A program made the translations under genes and the position numbers. A stretch of 64,000 nucleotides of DNA from Macrostomum lignano. Taxonomy: Eukaryota. The stretch spans positions 1,178,001-1,242,000 of the forward strand of contig NIVC01000013.1 in NCBI GenBank assembly GCA_002269645.1. Reading direction: 5' to 3'. The notes beneath the pieces are model-generated. The model was not told the origin of the DNA, did not search any database, and saw nothing but the letters and a program-made list of their open reading frames with translations. Positions 1 to 12,933 of this stretch are shown piece after piece. Position 1 is the first letter of the stretch, and the number at the start of each line of letters is the position of its first letter.

Positions 1-1372
1 TCATCCGGTTAATACCAGACAAATAGACATTTTGTTATTTCTCCGGTTAAATTGATAATGCTAAAATATCTAGTTCATAAAAACCACAAGGGTAAATATT
101 CTTAGACTTCAAAGACTTCTTACTCGTATCTTGATTATTATATTGTTATACTAGTATGTGTCTTATACATCAAATTATGCCAAATTGAATACACTGTTTT
201 GCTTACACTCTAAGTCTAGTATAGGCCTATATATAAGAAAATATTAATCAGTATACGAGAAAAGGTCTTAAAAATCTAGAATATTCATCACGAAACAAAT
301 AAGATACTTGTGTTAGCAATTTTACTGGACAATTAGCAAAAAGGCTATTTGTCTGGTCACCGGACAAATAACAACTGTCAAAAAGAAATTGCACTCAATC
401 TGTCTAAGCTTTAAAATCTCACCCTGAAATTGGGCACAGCCCACAGGGTTCAATTTTGCACCTAATTTTTAACATGGCTTTAGCTACAAATTACATGTAT
501 ATTGTTAATATTGTTATATTAGGCCTATACTAAGATAGGCAGGCCCTAGACAGAAAACACTAAATTAATTGAAGATGACAATGACCTAAATCAAAATCAA
601 GATAAGGTAATAAATAGGGAATTTGTTCCTTATTATCTATTCTGTCACTTACTAAGCTTAAGGTTACTTAAAGTTATTATTTTCAACAAAAATAATTTAA
701 CATGCAAAACTACAGCCACAGGATTTCTGAGGAGGATTGCCCTTTTGAAATAATAAAATGGCAAATGACATAATGACTAAAAACAATTTATCTTATCTTG
801 TCAATCTATCAACCTTAGTAAATTCTTTGGAAATAAACTTTTTTGTCAAGTTTATTAAATAAACAACTGCCCATAAAATTACAAGAAAACAGTGTGAAAA
901 AAGTCGATCTCGCTAATAACGATCGACGAGGTAACGATAACGATATCGCTATATTTTTTGTAACGAAAAACAATGGGAAAATCATGATAAAAATCGAAAC
1001 TTCTTTGTTTTTATTCTATGTGTGCCTTTTTCAATAATATACTAACGATTAATTGCAAAGGAAAGATTTTTAAGCCGTACTTTTTGTTTTATTGTATTTA
1101 GCTGACATTTAAATTTATCGCGTGGAAGAAACGCGCGTGTCCTGTCTGAAATAATTTAAAACATCGATAGCGGAATTTCGCTGAGTTTGTTTTCTCATCA
1201 TAATAAAATTTTCTGCTAGAATTTTTTGACAGGAAATTTTGCAACATCCGTCAGCAGCCTTAAAATCCGCTTCGTGATGCTTCGAGTCGAACTGCCGTTA
1301 AAAAACTTGGTGAATTGAAGCTGCGGTGCTGGTCTTCCAAATTAACATGAAATTACGAAAGGATGCTTTTAT

Positions 1373-1414
1373 CAAGGACCACTGTATATAGATATATACA
1401 TGCAGTGGTCCTTG
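1373..1414. mobile_element. 42-bp palindromic micro-element (hAT-like, TIR CAAGGACCAC)
   Basis: caaggaccactg (1373-1384) and cagtggtccttg (1403-1414) are reverse complements. Flanks are gcttttat and tcttttat, a 7/8 match to an 8-bp TSD. Confidence 0.6.
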
Positions 1415-2633
1415 TCTTTTATATTCGCCTGTTCATGTGTACACTTTAGGCGTTTTGTGTTTTGTAAAATACATGATTTTCAAGACCAAATGCAAATGTT
1501 TGCAGGAAACTCGCGAACACAAAAGAAGCAGAGCTGGTCGTAACCCTAGAGTGAAAAGTTCCATATACATTATACAGTATATACTTGTGTACTGTACTAC
1601 ATGTGACTGTACAGACTGCTTACTATACACGTACGTTGTTGCTAATTGAATTCACACTGGGCGAGAGAAATTATGCATGAGCATTTCGGAACAGCTTTAA
1701 GATCAAAGCGATAAGTAAAATTGCAGTCCAGTCACACCTGCCCTTAATGATTGACTTGATTAAGGCAATTGACTTGAAATACCTATGCTAATTCCCACTG
1801 GTTTTATTTATTTTGGCCGTAAGCAGCCTGAGGATGCAAATATATGTATGCACATGTATCTTGGCCGAGGCAAAGCTTAATAAAAATATTTATTGGCCCG
1901 AGAACAAAAGCAGTTTTGTTTAAACGAAAAAAACATGCAGAAAACGTAAAATTGAGGTGAAGCAACAACAGCAGATAATTTTGTCATTTTGGAATTGCAG
2001 AACGCCACAGTTGCCTATATGCATTAGTAGAGGTGGCAGTAGCCGTTCCAACAGTAGTAGTGACAGCAGAGACCTAGCTCTAGTGGATCCTAAGTGAGCG
2101 ACAGAATCTCCACCAACCAGCTATTCGGCAACTATTACCGCCAGAGATGAGAACCAATTAGCACAAAAACAAAGCTGGTGGAGATTCATACAGTCAATTC
2201 TTATTCGTATTTTAATTTCTGGTGTCGCGCTTTATCCAAATTGCAAATTCAACTTAGAATTGTCTATCATCGCATGATGCCAACTCGAAAACTCTACATC
2301 CGGCGCTGTTTGTCGCCTTCAACCACTGCAGGAACAGGTTAACATTAAAATCCATCATGTACGGCAAAAGCTAGTTAAGTCAAAAAAGTCGTCAACTATA
2401 CTCATTTTATTTGGTTGAAGTCTCAAGAACGTCGCAGGATTTCGTCAAACTGTGTGATAAATTCAAGCGCGCGCATCCATCCCCACTGGTTTCATCTATG
2501 GCTGTAAGGGTTGCGTCAAAAAACGACTGAAGGAATAACATATACATCTGTGGCCTAAACTTGTCTATATAAGACTTGAGATGCAGGTTCTACGAGCGTA
2601 AAGAGGGAATAGCTAATATTTGAGAAAGCCGAT

Positions 2634-3681
2634 ATGATGCAATCAGTTAATGCCAATCGGCTTTGCTTTCTGCTCGCATGGTTGCTACTCGCTAGCGGAG
2701 AATTTCTCTTCACCGACGCGCTGAGCTGCCTCCAGTCCAACGATCTATTCAAGTTAAGTGAGCTTAACAACGTCATCGCTGGTAAAATGGCACCGAAAAA
2801 GTGCTCGACCTCCACTTCAACGAAGACATGCTCTGCTGCTTACTCTACGACAAAAACATTTGTGAGTTTTGAGGAATATTGTAACTGAAATGTTCTGATT
2901 GCTCACAGTTACTCTACATTAATTATACTATGTTTTTAGGCTGCAATTTACTTCTGCGGCAACTGCAATTCGCCAGTATTAAAAAACTGGACTATCAGAC
3001 ATAACAAGTGCAAGGAATGCACGGCTCAGGGAACGCCCGGATCAGAAAGCTGCATCCCTGATCTTCAGCTTCCAACTCTGCTGTCAAATTTGCCACAGTG
3101 CCCTTATTACAATGAAAATAAAACTAATGTAATCAATGCACTCGATGATTCAATGGTGGTGCACTGCAATGAAAGGAACCGGAAGTGCGCACGCTTGGAA
3201 TTTCAAAGCAAATCTTCCGCTGTGAGCGAAACTGGAAACATTCCACTTACCTTATACTGTACGCTCGTAGAAAAGACTTTGGTTTTACATGCATTATAAC
3301 CTTGCTATTAATGTATTTCTTTGTGTTACTATACATTTGCAGGGCCAGCAACGTGTATGGAGTAACTGCGAGGAGACTTGCGAATTCTATAGAAAGCAGT
3401 TCCTCGCTAAAAACTATAATAAGCTGTCGTCATGCATGATCTTCGAGCCGATACTCAGCGGGGGAAGCGGAAGCGATAGCAGAAACGGAAGCGGAAGCAG
3501 AAGCGGAAGCGGAATAGGAGGCATAGACATCGGTGAAAGCCTAAGAAAAGTGCGCAGACTCGTCTCAGTCAACGTTACGAGTTCAAACTCAGCCATAGGT
3601 CTACCACAAAAGCAGAGTTGGTGCCAAGTTGCATACAGCCTAGCTGCTGTTGCTGGCTTACTGGTTGCAGATCGAATTTAG
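2634..3681 (+). CDS. Secreted, probably GPI-anchored Cys-rich protein (Ly6/uPAR-like three-finger fold possible), about 282 aa
   Basis: Exons 2634-2861, 2940-3221 and 3343-3681 join in phase 0 via GT-AG introns. Signal peptide (RLCFLLAWLLLASG), multiple Cys, a Gly/Ser linker, small-residue omega region (SSNSA) and hydrophobic tail (VAYSLAAVAGLLVA). Confidence 0.75.
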
Positions 3682-4364
3682 TGTCTGACAATCGGAGATT
3701 ACAGAACGCTTACACCTTGTGGATTCAGTTGCATGGGCGTTCATTCGAACGTTGAACTACAATTTAACTTACTTTTTATATCGAGCGCAAAAAAGGCTTT
3801 AATATTTTTTTCAATTTTTTTCCTCGAAGCCTAGAATTTTATTTTGCTTCAGCTTTCTACCGTTCACAGCTTTGAAGTGTAGCTCGTAGTGGTGTCACTG
3901 CAGAGACTTAATTCTAGATAAGATGTACTTTAGAGAAAAATAAAAAGCACTGTCGTTTGTGCCAATATCTATCATAAATATTGACGCCGCTTTTGTGCTA
4001 ATTGAGTTTTCGAATAATCCAGAATCAATCATATAGATACATAAAAATGCCAACGCAATTCGTTTGGGGTAGTTGAGTTCTGACAATCTGGACCTTAGAA
4101 TAAAGGCGAATATTGCTATCAACTCAATATTGGCTGCAAGCAGCAAAAGCTTAACTGGACAATTTGGGGCTAAATTGGAATCTCGTCTTGACTCGGCATG
4201 CTCGTGCACTTAACACCCTAAGTTATAACCAATGCATCGATACATGTACTGACGACGAATCTGAAGTGAGCCTTCTCCGCAAATAATTACACTACAGAAA
4301 TTATGTCGCAACCACCTACCTAAAATGACTTCATTTTTGTCAGCTACATTATATCAAAAGTCCT

Positions 4365-4444
4365 ACGGTCGGACAGACAAGCGACACGGCAAATATAGTA
4401 TTGGTGAATAGCAATCTAGTGCCCCCCTTCGGGGCGCGCAATAA
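4365..4444 (+). mobile_element. Possible 3' end of a non-autonomous Helentron/HINE-like element
   Basis: cggacagacaa motif followed by hairpin gcccc-ccttc-ggggc (4421-4435) and aataa. Resemblance to Helentron ends is from recollection only. Confidence 0.3.
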
Positions 4445-4659
4445 GCAAGGAGCAAAAAGTATTCATAGAAAACAATTAAAAAAGCACCTTTTCTTAAGAA
4501 CCAATTTCTTCTTCAGTTTTATAAATCACCCTTATTCGAGTACAATTGTCACAGACAAAGATGTTTACAATGAATCTCTTTCTCTTTTTCTAAAATTAAC
4601 AAAAAGACAATAAGTTTTCACAAAGATAACAGACATTCCCCCTAAATAGAAAACATCCC

Positions 4660-5644
4660 CAAGACAGCAAGCATCCCCCCCAGATAGCAAGCATCCTGCA
4701 GATAGCAAGCATCCTGCAGATAGCAAGCATCCTGCAGATAGCAAGCATCCTGCAGATAGCAAGCATCCTGCAGATAGCAAGCATCCTGCAGATAGCAAGC
4801 ATCCATCCAGATAACAAGCATCCTGCAGACAGCAAGCATCATCCAGATAGCAAGAATCATCCAGATAGCAAGAATCATCCAGATAGCAAGCATCCCCCCA
4901 GATAGCAAGCATCCCCCCAGATAGCAAGCATCCCCCCAGATAGCAAGCATCCCCCAGATAGCAAGCATCCCCCAGATAGCAAGCATCCCCCCAGATAGTA
5001 AGCATCAACCAGATAGCAAGCATCCCCCAGATAGCAAGCATCCCCCCAGATAGTAAGCATCAACCAGATAGCAAGCATCCCCCAGATAGCAAGCATCCCC
5101 CCAGATAGCAAGCATCCCCCCAGATAGCAAGCATCCCCCAGATAGCAAGCATCCCCCCAGATAGCAAGCATCCCCCAGATAGCAAGCATCCCTCCAGATA
5201 GTAAGCATCAACCAGATAGCAAGCATCCCCCCAGATAGCAAGCATCCCCCAGATAGCAAGCATCCCCCCAGATAGCAAGCATCCCCCCAGATAGCAAGCA
5301 TCCCCCAGATAGCAAGCATCATCCAGATAGCAAGCATCCCCCAGATAGCAAGCATCCCCCAGATAGCAAGCATCCCCCAGATAGTAAGCATCAACCAGAT
5401 AGCAAGCATCCCCCCAGATAGCAAGCATCCCCCCAGATAGCAAGCATCCCCCCAGATAGCAAGCATCCCCCAGATAGCAAGCATCCCCCAGATAGCAAGC
5501 ATCATCCAGATAGCAAGCATCCCCCAGATAGCAAGCATCCCCCAGATAGCAAGCATCCCCCAGATAGCAAGCATCCCCCAGATAGCAAGCATCCCCCAGA
5601 TAGCAAGCATCCCCCAGATAGCAAGCATCCCCCAGATAGCAAGC
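4660..5644. repeat. Minisatellite, 18/19-bp unit (agatagcaagcatccccc)
   Basis: Directly visible tandem array. It explains the WGMLAI and GDACYL ORFs. Confidence 0.97.
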
Positions 5645-6441
5645 CTCAGCCTTTCGCAAGTAGACTGCGAATTAGATTAGATTAGATAAAATTATATTAG
5701 ATTAGATAGCGCTGAGCACTTTTTGACTTCTGGTTTCGCGTTGGAAATTTTAACATGTTGCTGAGTGTAAAACAACAAGGAGTCTAGACTCAAAACGAGA
5801 CGTGTTTTTAACAGCCTGATCATTCGGATTTTTACTCTGATCAGCGTGGCTATTTCAAAGGTTAACCCCAATATGCTCATTTGAGACAGCAAACCCAAAT
5901 GAAGGAAGCGAACCGTTAGTTGCAGAATTAAATTCAAGTGACACTGCGTAGACAAACTACTGTAACAAGTTTAGTTGCTCTATTTTTTTACAGCTTTAAT
6001 TGCCAGTGATATATCTGGCTTTTTTAGACTATCTCCTGGTGACCGTATATATAAGTGTAAAAAGGTAGATCGGAACACAAGGTACATGTAAAGAGTCAAT
6101 CGTCATTAAAATTTCGCACATGAAGATGTAATGAAGGGAATCAATGAAACGAATTAAAGAAAATTTGGCTGTCTCGAATGTTTCGAATGAGTATTGATAA
6201 TTATCAATTGCTATACATTACAGTATAAACCTCTATCGAAGTGATGCCTTCATAAAATATGTACAGTATGTGGAATAAAAAAGTCAGATATGGAAGAAAA
6301 AGCGTAAGAAAATATTATGGAAAAGTTATTCAATTCTGGCACTGCGTTAATATTGTAAAAATCAGGTACTGAAGATCATTCATAGTTATTAAAAATAGCG
6401 ATCATGTCCAGTACTCTATTGAAAAGTTCACTCAAATAACC

Positions 6442-8433
6442 CCAATCCCACACTGTCAAACACTCTAGTCAGCACCAATCCCACACTGTCAAACACTCTC
6501 TAGTCAGCACCAATCCCACACTGTCAAACACTCTCTAGTCAGCACCAATCCCACACTGTCAAACACTCTCTAGTCAGCACCGATCCCACACTGTCAAACA
6601 CTCTCTAGTCAGCACCGATCCCACACTGTCAAACACTCTCTAGTCAGCACCAATCCCACACTGTCAAACACTCTCTAGTCAGCACCAATCCCACACTGTC
6701 AAACACTCTCTAGTCAGCATCAATCCCACACTGTCAAACACTCTCTAGTCAGCACCAATCCCACACTGTCAAACACTCTCTAGTCAGCACCGATCCCACA
6801 CTGTCAAACACTCTCTAGTCAGCACCAATCCCACACTGTCAAACACTCTCTAGTCAGCACCAATCCCACACTGTCAAACACTCTCTAGTCAGCACCAATC
6901 CCACACTGTCAAACACTCTAGTCAGCACCAATCCCACACTGTCAAACACTCTCTAGTCAGCACCAATCCCATACTGTCAAACACTCTAGTCAGCACCAAT
7001 CCCACACTGTCAAACACTCTAGTCAGCACCAATCCCACACTGTCAAACACTCTAGTCAGCACCAATCCCACACTGTCAAACACTCTAGTCAGCACCAATC
7101 CCACACTGTCAAACACTCTAGTCAGCACCAATCCAACACTGTCAAACACTCTCTAGTCAGCACCAATCCCACACTGTCAAACACTATCTAGTCAGCATCA
7201 ATCCCACACTGTCAAACACTCTAATCAGTATCGATCCCATACTGTCAAACACTCTAGTCAGCCTCAATCCCGCACTGTCAAACACTCTCTAGTCAGCATC
7301 AATCCCACACTGTCAAACACTCTAATCAGTATCGATCCCATACTGTCAAACACTCTCTAGTCAGCACCAATCCCACACTGTCAAACACTCTCTAGTCAGC
7401 ACCAATCCCACACTGTCAAACACTCTAGTCAGCACCAATCCCACACTGTCAAACACTCTCTAGTCAGCACCAATCCCACACTGTCAAACACTCTCTAGTC
7501 AGCACCAATCCCACACTGCCAAACACTCTCTAGTCAGCACCAATCCCATACTGTCAAACACTCTAGTCAGCACCAATCCCACACTGTCAAACACTCTAGT
7601 CAGCATCAATCCCACACTGTCAAACACTCTAGTCAGCACCAATCCCACACTGTCAAACACTCTCTAGTCAGCACCAATCCCATACTGTCAAACACTCTAG
7701 TCAGCACCAATCCCACACTGTCAAACACTCTAGTCAGCACCAATCCCACACTGTCAAACACTCTAGTCAGCACCAATCCCACACTGTCAAACACTCTAGT
7801 CAGCACCAATCCCACACTGTCAAACACTCTAGTCAGCACCAATCCAACACTGTCAAACACTCTCTAGTCAGCACCAATCCCACACTGTCAAACACTCTAG
7901 TCAGCACCAATTCCACACTGTCAAACACTCTAGTCAGCACCAATCCCACACTGTCAAACACTCTAGTCAGCACCAATCCCACACTGTCAAACACTCTAGT
8001 CAGCACCAATCCCACACTGTCAAACACTCTAGTCAGCACCAATCCCACACTGTCAAACACTCTAGTCAGCACCAATCCCACACTGTCAAACACTCTAGTC
8101 AGCACCAATCCCACACTGTCAAACACTCTAGTCAGCACCAATCCCACACTGTCAAACACTCTCTAGTCAGCACCAATCCCATACTGTCAAACACTCTCTA
8201 GTCAGCACCAATCCCACACTGTCAAACACTCTAGTCAGCACCAATCCCACACTGTCAAACACTCTAGTCAGCACCAATCCTACACTGTCAAACACTCTAG
8301 TCAGCACCAATCCCACACTGTCAAACACTCTAGTCAGCACCAATCCCACACTGTCAAACACTCTAATCAGTATCGATCCCATACTGTCAAACACTCTCTA
8401 GTCAGCACCAATCCCACACTGTCAAACACTCTA
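6442..8433. repeat. Minisatellite, 33/35-bp unit (ccaatcccacactgtcaaacactct[ct]agtcagca)
   Basis: Tandem array of about 58 units that ends in the kinase stop codon. Confidence 0.97.
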
Positions 8434-9359
8434 GCAAGCCAGAAACCGGTGCCTCAGCAGCTCGCTCGCACTCGGTCTATCTCCGGGCTGCTGCTGAACG
8501 CACACCCGATAGAAGTCCCGCAGCGAGCTGGCCACAGATCCCGGCAGCTGCGGCATGGGCTTGCTGGAGATGAGTATCGCCAAGCGGAACATCTGCCTGA
8601 CGTCGGAATTCGGCGGACTGCCTGTGGCCATCTCGAACGCAGTGCAGCCGACAGCCCATACGTCGGTCTTGGCGGTGTACACGACAGCGTCCTCAGCTGT
8701 GAGGATCTCTGGCGCCATGAAGTGCGGAGTGCCGCACTGCTGGTGAGTCACCATCTGCGACGTGGCGATCTCGCGAGCGAATCCGAAGTCGATCAGCTTC
8801 ACCGTGCCAGAGTAGGTCAGCATCAGGTTGGACGACTTGATGTCGCGGTGGAGAATCGGGCGGGCCAGACCGTGCAAGTGGGACAGCGCTGAGCACGTCT
8901 GCAAACGTAGATTGAGACTGGCTCGAATGAGTTGCAATCAAGCATGAGCAATGCATCGGAATCGGCCTAATCAGCACAGAAACGCACCTGTCCGATGAAC
9001 TTGCGAATTCCGTCCTCATCGATGGGAGTTCCCCGACGCGTCATCAGTTGCTCGATGGTACAGCCGGAGAGCAGCTCGCAGAAGATGAAGTACTTGCCGG
9101 ACTGCTCCTCGGCTCTGAGGAAACGAACTACGTTTCTGTGTCGGACGGTGCTGAGCAGCTCCAGAGCTCGCCTCTCCATCTCGAAAATTTTCCGCTGCGC
9201 CTCCGGAGTCATCTGCATCAGCGGCTTGATGACCTTGACGGCTACAAACTGGTGCCGGTCAGTGATGGCCTGGAACACCTTGCCAAATCCGCCGGATCCG
9301 ATGACCTTCTTCTTGTTGTCCTCGAGAACAAAGTCCCAGGTGGTAAAACTGGCGTCCAT
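8431..9359 (-). CDS. Ser/Thr protein kinase, STE11/MAP3K-like, two exons (N-terminus uncertain)
   Basis: Exons 9359(ATG)-8988 and 8898-8431 with a phase-0 GT-AG intron. Motifs GSGGFGKV, VAVK, HRDIKSSN, DFG, GTPHFMAPE and DVWAVGC are all present. The frame is open upstream to 9476 with a Pro-rich stretch but no ATG. Confidence 0.9.
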
Positions 9360-9952
9360 TTCAGGTGCATCGTCGACCGGCGACTGCCGTGGTGACTGCT
9401 GTGGCGGTGGCGACGGCTGCCGCTGCGGCCTTCTTGGTGGATCGGGTGACACAGCCTCAGGTGCGGCCTTCACAGTTTAGTTTGTGAGTGACTTTTCGAC
9501 AACTGTTTGTGTTTTGGTATCTGGAAAAGCTACTGACTAGAGGCTTAAGCCGTCATCTAATAGCTACTCGAAAGCTGCAATTTCTGAGCCATGATAACAA
9601 GTTTTTTTCTGCTACTAAAAGAAATCTATAGCACAGTGAAAACGTCCTCACATCTGCATGCAGCCTCTTGAACGCCTCGATGAAGCACGCCAGCTCCGGA
9701 GTTCGCTGAGCAGCTTTGACGCCGGCTGCTGAAACTCGACCGCCGAGGTTTCTGTCCAGGCCCTTAATCGTTGTCGCGAATGGAAGGTCAAGTGAGGGCA
9801 GATATATATTCGATGCAGATGCAAATGAATAAACTGTTCGTTCAACGCTTCATTAACTCACTGATAAAGTGAGAATACCCACAGCGATTACCTTAGCTAG
9901 TAGTAGTTAGTCAAGCAAGTTTAATGAAAGCTTTACGCCTACAACTAACAAC

Positions 9953-11137
9953 CTATTGGCTAGAATCCTATACGAGCGTAACGAGAAAACTAGAAAAAAA
10001 CTGCCATGCATCAGCGGTCGGTCTGCAGTCGTCACTGACCTGCATCGAGCAATAATTTCGCAGCAGTCCGCCAGTTTTGCTGTTCGGCTGCGAGCTGGTG
10101 AACAGTTTAGCCAGGATGTCCAGAAACTGCTGCTCAATCAGCGGCCGGTTCTCGGCCAGGTGGCTCAGGGTGCACAGAATGTCCAACGCCGACACGACAT
10201 CGTCGTCCCGGTCGCCGGTGCACATCCTGCGCAGGACCGGAAGCAGCCTCAACTGCACAAAAAGCCGCTTGTTTGCATCGTTCAGTGCCAGACGATTCAA
10301 GCAGATGGTCAGCTCTGAGACATGGTAGCCTTCGGCTCTTCTTTTAACAGAATCCAAGGCCTCGCTGAGGCAGTTGACCAGAAACTCCATCGCTTCTCTG
10401 GCGCTTCCGAACATGCTCGCCTTGGTCTCATCCAGTGCGAATGCAATTAGCACCAGCGCCTGAGTTTGCACGTGCAGGATGGGGCTTTGTAGGTAGGGTA
10501 TCACCGGGGCAGCTACCATCAGGCCTGATAAGACCTTGTAGATTTCCGGATTGTTCCGATAAAGCATATTGTATGTGAATCCAATGGAAGCCGTCACAGC
10601 ATGACGACAGCCCTCGATTGAGTCATGCTTTTCGTACCAATTGGAAAGCATCGGCTTTACGAAATCATTGAACAGAAATTCAATTCGAGACAGTGCGAGA
10701 CAGAATTCAAGGCTGCTGTCGGATAAGTTGTGGAAATTTCCTGTCACAAAGTATAATAGATACGAGTGAACTTTGTTAACCGCTTCAAGCTGATGTTTGC
10801 AAAAGCAAGCATCCGCCTGCACTTTGTAGATCTCGACGCACAAGCGGCTGAGACCTTCCAGCAGCTTCGGGCGCTTGGCCATCAGCTGGCTGACCTGCTC
10901 GCGGTGCTTTGCGAGCTGAGGTTCGTTCAGCTGCAGGCTCTCCATATCCCCATAGTGATCATTCATTAGAACTTGGAGGGCGCGTATCACATCAATCATT
11001 TTGTCTTTGTCAGCGATTACTTTCTTGGCCTGTTCTGACGCAACCATTGATTCAAGTTTACTATAGAATTTTTCCAGTTCCCCCTTCTTCTCGGCCATGA
11101 AATTTCGAAAGTCTCTGTCGCTTCTGCCTTCGGCCAT
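9953..11137 (-). CDS. Armadillo/HEAT-repeat protein with N-terminal coiled coil, about 370 aa
   Basis: ORF 11137-10040, donor GTCAGT, short last exon 9967-9953 (DSSQ*). The segment EGYHVSELTICLNRLALNDANKRLFVQLRLLPVL...ALDILCTLS matches the ARM pattern I recall from invertebrate ARM-TIR proteins. Confidence 0.75.
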
Positions 11138-11377
11138 GTCTGAGTATCAGTATGCAGGCAAAGTACTTTTGACAGCTGAAAGGTTGAATGTTTGTACTAT
11201 AGCCAGTCTACATCATTGCGTATCGATTGAATTTCAGTATAGAAATTCATTTTCATATTAGTTGATCATGATCAAAATGTTGAGACACTCATAAAAAGTA
11301 AACTTTGCTGCAACTGATGCACAATGAAACAAATAGCCATTCAGATGATTATAGCTTATGCAAAATAACGAGTAGCT

Positions 11378-12850
11378 GTTATTATTATTAAGAAACCAGA
11401 GAGGAGACCCCTTACGCGCACGTGTTTGCAGAACAGGCAGGAGGGGCAGGCAGCAGCAGCCTGAGGGGTCAGTGCAAGCGCCTGCAAGTCAGCAATGAGG
11501 CAGTCCGTCAGAGTGGCAGTGCAGGTCTGGCCTCGGCGCAGTTGCTCGGTCGGCCAGGGTCAGAGGGACGGGCGCACCACGGTCCAGGGTCCGTAGGCAG
11601 TGGCCCAGCAGCATCTGGGGCGGAGCTCCAAGGCGGGTCATCAGAGCGGCAGGCGCTCCGGGTAATGCACGCCCACCGTGTAGCGCAGCAACGATCGGTA
11701 GAGCGCGTCCAGCGCTCGCTCTCGCATCTCCATGCCGTACAGGAGGATCGGCTCTACGGACGCGTGTAACAGGCGCACCATCAGATTGTCTTTGACAGCT
11801 GAATTAAAGACGTTCCTGAAGAGGTGCTTGGCGCGCCACAGGCCTGAGTCCTCCTGTCGGAGACAATGGCATAGCGGTTCATCACCAGGGTGCCTGGCAC
11901 ACCGCGATGCCGTCTCCATTGGCAGCGTGCGAGTTGGGGCGGTATTTGTGCCCACGTGCAGCGCCTCCGTCTTGCGAGCATTCACCAGCAGCCCAACACG
12001 GGGCGCCCACGTCGCGGCGCCCACGTCGCAGAGCCTTGTGAGAGCGCGCTATGTAGCAGCCGGAAAGTGCCTTGCGGAACTCGACAAAGACGATTGACAC
12101 GGAGCGCTGGCGGGTCTTGCAGGCCTCTATGACAGAGCGGATGGTGGTAACCTGCTCGATGGTGGACCTGTCAAGGCGGAAGCCCGCTTTGGAAGCTCAG
12201 CAGCAGCGGGTTAGGGCTGGGAAGGAGGCGGTTGCCAGAATCACGTTTAGCGGCTTCGGCGTTGTGCATTATAGCACGATGTCCCGCTGGCTTTCCAGGC
12301 TGATGGAGACAATCTTGGAGGTGCGCCATTGCTGAGGAGCTGAGGCGGTCTCGTTGCCTCCAAAGCTGCAGTGCTTGTTCAGCAGTCTGGTGGGGATTGG
12401 GGTGAGCTCAGGCAGCTTCAGGATCCCTTGGTGCGATGGCGTCCATCCCAGCGGCGGCATCAGCTTGCAGTACTCAGTGCTCAGCCAACCTCGCCTGCAG
12501 TGATGGATGAAACCGGTGTTGAAGGCGCCTGGCTGGGCTGAAGCAAAGTCTGGGATGGGCAGAAGAGGCGCAGTTGGAGCGGGCGCGTTGAGAACCTCGT
12601 GGGCCAGCTTTCTGCAGGCTTCGTGGAATCAGAATCAGTGCCGCGGGGGCCCTCAAGGCAGCACTATGGCGGCTGGCGGCTGTCGTTAGTGGCGAATTTG
12701 ATTTTGCTCACAGCCTCTTCGCAAAAGACTTCAGTCCGCTGAGCGTGGATGCGCTACAGCTCGTCCCTGGAAGCACTGGCCTTGGTCGCTGTCATGGCTG
12801 CCTTGCCTGGGAGATGATGACATCGCGGTCCCACGTCTGTGAGCTATCCC
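11378..12850 (-). mobile_element. Decayed, internally deleted RTE-like non-LTR retrotransposon
   Basis: Minus-strand RT fragments GFRLDRSTIEQV...IVFVEFRKA, LLVNARKTE, EPILLYGME and LLGHCLR, with frameshifts. (TAA)n 3' tail at about 11378-11391. Confidence 0.85.
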
Positions 12851-12876
12851 CACATGACACACCATAAACGTATAGT

Positions 12877-12933
12877 CAAGGACTACTTAAGAACACTTAA
12901 GGACTACAAATAAGTGTTCTTAAGTAGTCCTTG
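12877..12933. mobile_element. 57-bp palindromic micro-MITE (23-bp perfect TIR, 8-bp TSD)
   Basis: caaggactacttaagaacactta (12877-12899) and its exact reverse complement (12911-12933), flanked by direct repeat cgtatagt (12869-12876 and 12934-12941). Confidence 0.85.

Noticed and set aside
2104-2187. Pre-miRNA-like hairpin (gaatctccacc...ggtggagattc)
   Set aside because: The stem is only about 15 bp with a bulge and a 50-nt unpaired interior.
11422-12689. Several plus-strand GC-rich ORFs
   Set aside because: They are antisense shadows of the decayed RTE reverse transcriptase.
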